A DNA stretch of 62,216 bases from NCBI GenBank assembly GCA_028692545.1, contig JAQUXC010000005.1:1-62216 (forward strand), written 5' to 3'. Position 1 is the first letter of the stretch. Each line of letters opens with the position of its first letter. A program made the position numbers and the translations under genes. The notes beneath the pieces are model-generated. The model ran no database searches and was not told the DNA's origin. It saw only the letters and a list, made by a program, of their open reading frames with translations. The stretch is from Patescibacteria group bacterium (GTDB lineage Bacteria > Patescibacteriota > Patescibacteriia > UBA1558 > S5-K13). This document shows positions 55,553 to 62,216 of this stretch, one piece after another.

Positions 55553-56650
55553 ATGAAAAAACAAACAATAGCAATACTCTTCGGTGGAAAATCCGCAGAG
55601 CACGAAATATCACTCATTTCTGCAAAAAATATTATAAATTCAATAGACAAGGCAAGATATAATACAATTCTTATAGGAATTGATAAAAATGGCGAATGGT
55701 TTTTGTGCGACAAAAACAATTATCTTATAAATCCAAATGATCCAAAAAAAGTAAAACTTATAAAATCAGAAGTACCGCTTGCTATAATAGTTGGGAAATA
55801 TGATAACCAAATAATAAGATTAAAGGATAAAAAATCTATTGGAAAAATTGATGCAGTATTTCCAGTATTACACGGAACATTTGGTGAAGATGGAACAGTT
55901 CAAGGAATGCTAAAATTATTAAATCTTCCATTTGTAGGAGTTGATATGACAGGCTCTGCAATTTGTATGGATAAAGATATCACAAAAAGATTATTAACTG
56001 AAGCAAAAATTCCAAATTCAAAGTTTATTGTTTTTAAAAATTATGAAAAATCAAAAATAAAGTTTAGTGATATAAAAAAACAATTAGGCATGCCTTTGTT
56101 TGTAAAACCAGCAAATGCAGGATCTTCTGTTGGAATAAGTAAAGTTAAAAACGAAATAGACTTCAAAAATGGAATAAATGAAGCATTTAAATATGACAAC
56201 AAAATATTAATTGAAGAATTTATCAGTGGCAGAGAAATAGAATGCGCAGTACTTGGAAATGACAAACCACGTGCATCTTTGATTGGAGAAATTATTTCTG
56301 TAGATGAATTTTATTCTTACAAGGCGAAGTATATTGATGAGAAAGGAGCTATTTTAAAAGCTCCTACAAAATTAAACAAAACAACTCTAAAAAAAGTTCA
56401 AAGCTTAGCAATACAAACTTATAAAACACTAGTTTGTGAAGGAATGAGTAGAGTTGATATGTTTCTTACGAAAAATGGAAAAATTGTAATAAATGAAGTA
56501 AATACAATTCCTGGATTTACAAAAATATCAATGTATCCAAAACTATGGGAACAAACTGGAATTCCACAAAAAAAACTCATAGACAATCTAATACAACTAG
56601 CGATTGAAAGATTTGAAAATAGTAAAAAGATAAAAACTACTTTTGATTAA
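55553..56650 (+). CDS. ddl: D-alanine--D-alanine ligase
   Basis: IAILFGGKSAEHEISLISA, HGTFGEDGTVQGMLKLLNLPFVG, VKPANAGSSVGISKV, EVNTIPGFT. ATG 55553 is preferred over 55505. Confidence 0.93.
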   Translation: MKKQTIAILFGGKSAEHEISLISAKNIINSIDKARYNTILIGIDKNGEWFLCDKNNYLINPNDPKKVKLIKSEVPLAIIVGKYDNQIIRLKDKKSIGKIDAVFPVLHGTFGEDGTVQGMLKLLNLPFVGVDMTGSAICMDKDITKRLLTEAKIPNSKFIVFKNYEKSKIKFSDIKKQLGMPLFVKPANAGSSVGISKVKNEIDFKNGINEAFKYDNKILIEEFISGREIECAVLGNDKPRASLIGEIISVDEFYSYKAKYIDEKGAILKAPTKLNKTTLKKVQSLAIQTYKTLVCEGMSRVDMFLTKNGKIVINEVNTIPGFTKISMYPKLWEQTGIPQKKLIDNLIQLAIERFENSKKIKTTFD

Positions 56651-56693
56651 TTAATATGCTATAATAAAGCTATAAATTATAATTAAAAACACT

Positions 56694-57242
56694 ATGGAAA
56701 AAGTAATAACAAAAAATAAAAATATAACAAACAATATAAGTGGAGCAATATCTGAAACTTTTATATTTATTGGATTATCTCTTATAGCATTTTTTACACC
56801 AATAATATTGCGACATCCTCAAATGTTAATTGGGATTATAGTAAATATGATGCTTATAAAAGGAGCTTTGACTTTGAAGCAAAACAAATTAATAGCTCTT
56901 AGCATATTTCCATCACTTGGAGTACTAGCATCAGGAATATTATTCGGAAATCTTACAAATTTTATAATTTATCTTATTCCATTTATTTGGATATCAAATT
57001 ATATTCTTACTTATATTATTAAAAAATTTGCAGACAAAAATTATTTTAGAGCAATTGTATTATCAACATTTTTAAAAACAACATTTTTGTTTTCTATAAC
57101 ATTTTTGCTTTTTAGTTTAAATATACTACCAAAAATATTTTTGGTAAGTATGGGTTATATGCAATTTGTTACAGCAATGATAGCGGGAATAATAATATTT
57201 TTTGAATTAAAAACAGAAAAATGGCTAAAAAAGAAAAATTAA
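56694..57242 (+). CDS. Hypothetical polytopic membrane protein overlapping the hydC-like start
   Basis: 182 aa with 5-6 TM segments. It overlaps the next gene by 22 nt, which suggests co-transcription. Confidence 0.65.
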   Translation: MEKVITKNKNITNNISGAISETFIFIGLSLIAFFTPIILRHPQMLIGIIVNMMLIKGALTLKQNKLIALSIFPSLGVLASGILFGNLTNFIIYLIPFIWISNYILTYIIKKFADKNYFRAIVLSTFLKTTFLFSITFLLFSLNILPKIFLVSMGYMQFVTAMIAGIIIFFELKTEKWLKKKN

Positions 57243-57637
57243 TAATAAATAGTTTTCACGAAATTCAAGACAAAAATGGTTTTATATCTGAACAAGATAT
57301 AAAAAATGTTGCAACTGAATTTCACAAATCTGATGCTGAAATATACGAAGCAATTTCTTCTTATGCAAATTTTAATTTATTCAAATCAAAAAAAAGAATA
57401 GTAAAAATTTGTGATAGCCCAAGTTGTCATATAAAAAATGGCGAAAAATTAATAAAAAAAGCATCTGAAATATTAAATGTGAAAGTTGGAAATGAACATG
57501 GTAAAGTAATAATAGAAGCATGTCAATGTCTTAGTTTATGCGACAAAGGACCTATTATGATGATAGATAATAAAATTTATACAAAAGTTAGTGAGGAAAA
57601 ATTAGAGCAAATATTTAAAAAAGAAGGATTAGTATAG
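57221..57637 (+). CDS. hydC: NuoE/HydC-like thioredoxin-fold [2Fe-2S] subunit
   Basis: The Cys pattern is CDSPSC ... CQCLSLC (Cx4C...Cx3C), with a GPIMMID-type ending. Confidence 0.8.
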   Translation: MAKKEKLIINSFHEIQDKNGFISEQDIKNVATEFHKSDAEIYEAISSYANFNLFKSKKRIVKICDSPSCHIKNGEKLIKKASEILNVKVGNEHGKVIIEACQCLSLCDKGPIMMIDNKIYTKVSEEKLEQIFKKEGLV

Positions 57638-57661
57638 AAAAGCAAAAAATTATAAATAAGT

Positions 57662-57759
57662 AGTCATTTCGAGCGGAGGAACGAAGTCGAAAAATCTCGT
57701 AGTTCTGAAAATTTAACTTCAAGACCTCTCCATTTTGTGAGACTCCAGTCGAGGTGACT
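57662..57759. other. GC-enriched imperfect palindrome of about 100 nt inside the hydC-hydB spacer. It could be a structured RNA or a miniature repeat element.
   Basis: AGTCATTTCGAGCGGAG (57662-57678) pairs with CTCCAGTCGAGGTGACT (57743-57759) at 15/17 positions, counting two G-U pairs. Confidence 0.4.
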
Positions 57760-57790
57760 TCATAATTACAAAAGATTTTTAATTAAAAAC

Positions 57791-58870
57791 ATGCAAATAC
57801 TAAGAAAAATAAATTTTAAAAATTTAGAAAAGGCAAAAAAATTGTCTCCACTAAAATTAATACAAAAAATAAAAAAATCAGGACTTATGGGTAGAGGTGG
57901 AGCAAATTTTTCTATTGGAAAAAAATTTCAAATGACAAATCCTGCAAAATATTTGATCTGTAATGCAGATGAAAGTGAACCAGGAAGATTCAAAGACAGA
58001 TTTATATTAGAAAATAATCCAGAATTAGTAATAGAAGGAATTTATATCGCAATGTATGCGCTCAGCGCAAAAAAATGTTTTATATATTTAAGAGAAGAAT
58101 ATAAGGAATTTAAGGATAAACTTCAAAAAATTATAAACGAAAGAAACGAATTTGATATAGATATCGTAATTGGAGCTGGATCATATATTTGTGGTGAAGA
58201 AACTGCAATTTTAAACAGTATTGAAGGAAAAAGAACTGAGTCACGCCAAAAACCACCATACCCATCACAATTTGGTTTATATGGCAAAAAAACTTGTGTA
58301 AATAATATAGAAACTCTTACAAGACTTCCCCTTATATTTGAGCATGACTTTGATAAAGATTTATTGCTTTTTTCACTATCAGGAGATATTGCAAAACCAG
58401 GTGTCTATGAAGAAAAACAAGGAATCACAATAGGAAGTATTGCAAAAAAATATAAAGCAACAAATACAAAGGCAATATTTTTTTGTGCATCAGGAGGGGT
58501 TATTCCATTTAATAAAAATCAAATTTTATCATATGAAGAAATAGAAAAAACAGGTGCCTATTTTGAAACAGGAATTATATTTTTGAATAAATCAAGAAGT
58601 ATACCAGACATATCAAGATCAATAATTCAATTTTTTAATGATGAAAATTGTGGAAAATGCCTTCCTTGTAGAGAAGGAAACTTTAGATTATTACAATTAT
58701 TTCAAGTAATACTAAAACGTAAATGGAGAAAAGAAGAGTTTGAAATGATAAAAGATTTAGTTGATTTTATACCAAATGGATCCCAATGTGCTCTTGGTAA
58801 AAGCTCTACAATACATTTAAAAACTGCTATTAAATATTTTGAAAATGAATTTCAAGAATTAACAAATTAA
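57791..58870 (+). CDS. hydB: NuoF/HydB-like NADH-binding flavoprotein subunit (compact, 359 aa)
   Basis: GLMGRGGANFSIGKKF (FMN site), CNADESEPG, GAGSYICGEETAILNSIEG, CGKCLPCREG (4Fe-4S). Confidence 0.88.
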   Translation: MQILRKINFKNLEKAKKLSPLKLIQKIKKSGLMGRGGANFSIGKKFQMTNPAKYLICNADESEPGRFKDRFILENNPELVIEGIYIAMYALSAKKCFIYLREEYKEFKDKLQKIINERNEFDIDIVIGAGSYICGEETAILNSIEGKRTESRQKPPYPSQFGLYGKKTCVNNIETLTRLPLIFEHDFDKDLLLFSLSGDIAKPGVYEEKQGITIGSIAKKYKATNTKAIFFCASGGVIPFNKNQILSYEEIEKTGAYFETGIIFLNKSRSIPDISRSIIQFFNDENCGKCLPCREGNFRLLQLFQVILKRKWRKEEFEMIKDLVDFIPNGSQCALGKSSTIHLKTAIKYFENEFQELTN

Positions 58871-58876
58871 ATACTT

Positions 58877-58964
58877 AGTTATAAAGCACCATTCCTACGG
58901 GCAAGTTATAAAGAAAACATAAACAATAAAACTTTATAACAATAAAACTTTATAACTTTATAAC
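58877..58964. repeat. Array of AGTTATAAAG (x2) and its complement CTTTATAAC(T) (x3) immediately upstream of hydA
   Basis: AGTTATAAAG occurs at 58877-58886 and 58904-58913. CTTTATAAC occurs at 58932-58940 and 58948-58956, and TTTATAAC at 57957+1000 (58957-58964). The hydA ATG is at 58969. Confidence 0.8.
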
Positions 58965-58968
58965 TCCT

Positions 58969-60663
58969 ATGCAAATAACAATAGACGGAAAAAAAATAAA
59001 TGTAAAAAATGGAATAACTATTCTAGAAGCAGCAGAAAAAGCAGGAATAAAAATTCCAACACTTTGTTATCATCCCGATTTGAAACCAGAGGGAAGATGT
59101 GGAATTTGTATAGTTGAAGCAAATGGAAAAATAATGACAAGTTGCAATAACAAAGTTTCTAATGGAATGATTATACAAACAAATACAGAAAATATAAAAA
59201 AACAAAGAAAAATAAATGCTCAACTTATTGGTTGTAATTTCGAAAAAGAAGAAGAATTTAGAAAATGGCTCGCACTTGAAGAACTCCCAGATATAGATGA
59301 ATTAAAATTCAAATCAAAACCATCAGAATTAATTGATGAATCCTGTCATGATATAGTCATGGATTTTACAAAATGTATAATGTGCGGAAGATGCGTACAA
59401 AAATGTCGCGACTTACAAACTGTAAATGCAATTTGTTATTCCAAAAGAGCAAATGGAACAATAGTAGGAAAATCTCTAGGTAAAAAATTAATAGAAACAA
59501 CTTGTGTTGGTTGTGGACAATGCTCACTTGTTTGTCCAACAGGAGCAATAAAAGAAAAAGAATATATAGAAGATATAAAAAAATTATTAAAAGATAAAAA
59601 ATATCATATCATAGCTCAAACCGCACCATCAATAAGAGTTGCAATTGGAGAAGAATTTGGCATGCCAGCAGGATCTCTTGTAACTGGAAAAATGGTTTCA
59701 GCACTTCGAAAAGTAGGATTTGATAAAATTTTCGATACAAATTTTGGAGCAGATCTTACAATCATGGAAGAAGCATCAGAGCTCATTGATAGAATAAAAA
59801 ACAAAAAATTACTACCACAAATTACATCATGCTGTCCTGGTTGGGTAAATTTTATAGAAACATTCTATCCAGAAATGCTTCCTCATTTATCATCTTGCAA
59901 ATCTCCACATCAAATGTTTGGAGCAATTTTAAAAACATATTATGCAAAAAAAGTAGGAATAAATCCAAAAAATATTATTCTCGTTAGTATAATGCCTTGC
60001 ACTGCAAAAAAATATGAATCATGCCGAGAAGAAATGATAATAGATGGAGTAAAAGATGTTGACTATGTAATAACTACAAGAGAAGCAGCAAAACTTATAA
60101 AAAGTTTTAATATAGATTTGAGTAAAGAAGAAGATAGTGAATTTGACAATCCAATGGGCAAAGGTTCTGGAGGTGGTGCAATATTTGGAACAAGTGGTGG
60201 AGTAATGGAATCAGCTATAAGAACTGCATATTACTTTTTAACTGGATATGATTATCCAAAAATAGAATTCAGATCTATAAGAGGAGATAAAGGTATTAGA
60301 GAAACTAGCATAAAAATAGGAGATACAAAATTGAATTTAGCAATAGTTCACACTCTATCAAATGCTAGAAAAGTAATAGAAACTATCAAAAAAAATCCAA
60401 ACAAATATCATTTTATTGAAATAATGGCATGCCCTGGTGGATGTATTGGAGGTGGAGGACAACCAAAACCAACAACTAGAGATATTATCAAAAAAAGATC
60501 AGAGGCTATTTACAAAGAAGACAAAAACCTCAAAATAAGACAAGCTCACAAAAATCCACAAATTATGGAGCTTTACAAAACTTTTTTAGACAAACCACTG
60601 AGCGAAAAATCTCGCAAATATTTACACACAAATTACCATGATAGATCAAAATGTAGTAGATAA
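58969..60663 (+). CDS. hydA: [FeFe]-hydrogenase catalytic subunit with N-terminal 2Fe-2S and 4Fe-4S ferredoxin domains
   Basis: The three H-cluster motifs are TSCCPGW, MPCTAKKYE and MACPGGCIGGGGQP. The N-terminal motifs are CYHPDL..EGRCGIC and CxxCxxCxxxC. Confidence 0.95.
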   Translation: MQITIDGKKINVKNGITILEAAEKAGIKIPTLCYHPDLKPEGRCGICIVEANGKIMTSCNNKVSNGMIIQTNTENIKKQRKINAQLIGCNFEKEEEFRKWLALEELPDIDELKFKSKPSELIDESCHDIVMDFTKCIMCGRCVQKCRDLQTVNAICYSKRANGTIVGKSLGKKLIETTCVGCGQCSLVCPTGAIKEKEYIEDIKKLLKDKKYHIIAQTAPSIRVAIGEEFGMPAGSLVTGKMVSALRKVGFDKIFDTNFGADLTIMEEASELIDRIKNKKLLPQITSCCPGWVNFIETFYPEMLPHLSSCKSPHQMFGAILKTYYAKKVGINPKNIILVSIMPCTAKKYESCREEMIIDGVKDVDYVITTREAAKLIKSFNIDLSKEEDSEFDNPMGKGSGGGAIFGTSGGVMESAIRTAYYFLTGYDYPKIEFRSIRGDKGIRETSIKIGDTKLNLAIVHTLSNARKVIETIKKNPNKYHFIEIMACPGGCIGGGGQPKPTTRDIIKKRSEAIYKEDKNLKIRQAHKNPQIMELYKTFLDKPLSEKSRKYLHTNYHDRSKCSR

Positions 60664-60677
60664 ATTCAAATAAAATT

Positions 60678-60717
60678 AAAGGGTTTGCTTTTGTAAAAAT
60701 TTGCAAACCCTTTTTTT
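60678..60717 (+). terminator. Rho-independent terminator after hydA
   Basis: AAAGGGTTTGC...GCAAACCCTTT followed by TTTTT. Confidence 0.85.
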
Positions 60718-60735
60718 GATTGTGACTAATTCTTT

Positions 60736-60897
60736 TCATGCCTTTTCTCCTTTGTCATATTTTGTATGACTTTTTTTGAGGCGATGATGTTTTTGTTTTT
60801 TAACTTTTTTCTGGTTAGCACTGTTTCCAAACGCATTTGTCTGTTGCTTTTTGCGTTTTTTCTTCTTTTCATCTTTGAAGTTGGTTTTGTTTTTCAT
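60736..60897 (-). CDS. Possible 53-aa highly basic small protein
   Basis: Hand translation of the minus strand gives MKNKTNFKDEKKKKRKKQQTNAFGNSANQKKVKKQKHHRLKKSHTKYDKGEKA*. GGAGGA lies 5-6 nt upstream of the ATG. The ORF is below the track cutoff. Confidence 0.4.
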   Translation of the reverse strand: MKNKTNFKDEKKKKRKKQQTNAFGNSANQKKVKKQKHHRLKKSHTKYDKGEKA

Positions 60898-61005
60898 TTT
60901 TTCCTCCTTGCAAGCATTAAATTGCTTGTTTGCTAGAAAAAACTCTTTATGTTAAATTGAATATGTCTTATATTTTTATATTAACTCTAAAATAAAAAAA
61001 ATCAA

Positions 61006-62091
61006 ATGGACGAAATAATAGAAAAAATAAAAGAGCTCCAAAAAAAAATAGCAAATGCTATATCATTTTTTGATATAAAAAAAATTACCAAAGAAATTGA
61101 AATTATTGAAAGTGAAATGAATAAAAAAGATTTTTGGAATGATCAAGAAAATGCAACAAAAAAATCTCAAAAATTAAAAAATATAAAAGAACAATTGGAA
61201 AATTGGCAATTCTTAAGTAAAGAAACGAGTGATACTCTTGAAATAGCAAATTTAGACAAAGATGAAAAAAATATAACTCTTTTAAAAGAAATTACTGACA
61301 AATACTATGAACTTGAAAAAAAATTCAAAACAAATGAAATTACATTATTTTTTCAAGAAAAATATGGTGAAAATAATGTGATAATGACTATTTTTGCAGG
61401 AGCTGGTGGAACAGAATCACAAGATTGGGTTTCAATGCTACTTCGAATGTATTTGAGATTTTGTGAAAGAATGAACTGGAATACAAAAATAATAGACGAA
61501 TCACGTGGCGAAGAAGTTGGATATAAAAGCGTCACAATAGAAATAAACGGAAATTATGTCTATGGATATATGAAAGTAGAGGACGGAGTCCATAGATTAG
61601 TAAGACTTTCACCATTTGATGGAGATCATGCAAGACATACTTCTTTTGCAATGATAGAAATATTTCCAGAAATAGAAAGTACTGAAATAAATATAAAAGA
61701 TGATGAATTAAAAATTGATGTTTATAGAGCTTCTGGAAAAGGAGGACAAGGAGTAAATACTACTGACTCTGCAGTACGAATTACACATTTACCAACTGGT
61801 ATTGTAGTTACATGTCAAAATGAAAGATCTCAGTCCCAAAACAAAGAACAAGCAATGAAATACTTGAAAGCAAAACTCACAAAATATTATGAAGAGCAAT
61901 CCGAAGAAGAGAGAAAAAAAATAAAAGGCGAAATAAAAGAAGCTGCTTGGGGAAATCAAATAAGATCTTATGTACTTCATCCATATAAAATGATAAAAGA
62001 TTTGCGAAGTAAATATGAAACAGATAATGTAGATAAAATTTTAGATGGCGACATACTAGACTTCATAGAAAGCGTACTCAGAATAAAATAA
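61006..62091 (+). CDS. prfB: Peptide chain release factor 2, uninterrupted ORF
   Basis: The RF2-specific SPFD motif, GGQGVNTTDSAVRITHLPTG, and no internal in-frame stop near codon 25. Confidence 0.93.
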   Translation: MDEIIEKIKELQKKIANAISFFDIKKITKEIEIIESEMNKKDFWNDQENATKKSQKLKNIKEQLENWQFLSKETSDTLEIANLDKDEKNITLLKEITDKYYELEKKFKTNEITLFFQEKYGENNVIMTIFAGAGGTESQDWVSMLLRMYLRFCERMNWNTKIIDESRGEEVGYKSVTIEINGNYVYGYMKVEDGVHRLVRLSPFDGDHARHTSFAMIEIFPEIESTEINIKDDELKIDVYRASGKGGQGVNTTDSAVRITHLPTGIVVTCQNERSQSQNKEQAMKYLKAKLTKYYEEQSEEERKKIKGEIKEAAWGNQIRSYVLHPYKMIKDLRSKYETDNVDKILDGDILDFIESVLRIK

Positions 62092-62216
62092 TGTACAGTT
62101 AACAGTCAAGGGTTACACTTTCTAAATACTTTTCATGAGGAGTAAGTCCGTTAAGGGTTAAATGTATTCTTTTAAAATTGTAATAATTTAGCCATTCATA
62201 AGGAGTGTTCCAAATT
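62092..62216 (-). mobile_element. IS element fragment (transposase-stop end) cut by the window edge. Its terminal inverted repeat lies at 62092-62120.
   Basis: The TIR matches the reverse complement of 98-126. The element begins 1 nt after the prfB stop codon. Confidence 0.7.
62099..62216 (-). CDS. DDE (rve/integrase-core) transposase, C-terminal fragment (partial, begins beyond the right edge)
   Basis: Hand translation of the minus strand gives ..IWNTPYEWLNYYNFKRIHLTLNGLTPHEKYLESVTLDC*. The W..YN..R.H..L.G.TP pattern is the C-terminal signature of IS481/IS3-type transposases. Confidence 0.7.
   Translation of the reverse strand, partial: IWNTPYEWLNYYNFKRIHLTLNGLTPHEKYLESVTLDC

Noticed and set aside
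61006-62091. Possible alternative genetic code (UGA recoded, as in some CPR lineages) or a programmed +1 frameshift in prfB
   Set aside because: RF2 is present as a single uninterrupted ORF with the SPF and GGQ motifs. Several well-supported genes also end in TGA (GT2 at 23198-23200, rplI at 46685-46687, GT4 at 54809-54811). The standard code 11 fits, and no CTT-TGA-type shift site is needed.

Overview
This is a very AT-rich chromosomal fragment that looks like a reduced-genome, CPR/Patescibacteria-type bacterium. That placement is inferred from gene content and compact or truncated housekeeping proteins, not proven. TGA acts as a stop codon and RF2 is present, so the standard bacterial code applies.

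Gene order:
- The left edge carries an IS fragment followed by a compositionally foreign, much more GC-rich gene for a secreted protein with a T9SS-type C-terminal sorting domain.
- Next come a GxxExxY (PD-(D/E)XK-like) gene, a short alaS, three secreted proteins, and a DUF1015 gene.
- An infA-rpmJ-rpsM-rpsK-rpsD-rpoA-rplQ-rplM-rpsI block follows, with its own strong promoter.
- A roughly 27 kb cell-surface glycan region covers about 14.9-42.1 kb. It holds a flippase, GtrA x2, GT2 x2, GT4 x2, DUF2304, galE, a UXS-like gene, GT-C-like membrane proteins and a full rfbABCD set. metK, HIT and MazG-like genes and an S8 protease are interleaved.
- Embedded in that region is a very large GLUG-repeat surface-protein gene that is split by a frameshift.
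- Then come murA, an S41 protease, rplI and pyrG.
- A minus-strand accessory operon follows: a Cys-rich lipoprotein, a CYTH enzyme, an MliC-like membrane protein, a HAD hydrolase and a CxxC protein.
- tRNA-Gln and tRNA-Ser are followed by a tRNA-like 3' fragment.
- The last block holds GDPD, GNAT, GT4, methyltransferase and ddl genes, a HydABC-type [FeFe] hydrogenase, a tiny basic ORF and prfB.
- The right edge carries the opposite end of the same IS.

Most interesting signals:
1. The only two long poly-C tracts (C8, C9) bracket a GtrA-like gene. The C9 tract lies in the -35/spacer of an extended -10 promoter for the frameshifted surface-protein gene. Gtr-type and GT-C glycosylation genes sit next to it. 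Together this is a candidate phase-variable, glycosylated adhesin locus.
2. The two window ends are matching IS ends, and a foreign T9SS-sorted gene sits beside the left one.
3. Several small repeat families and duplication footprints are present.
4. RpoA lacks a recognisable alpha-CTD, and AlaRS lacks the C-Ala domain.
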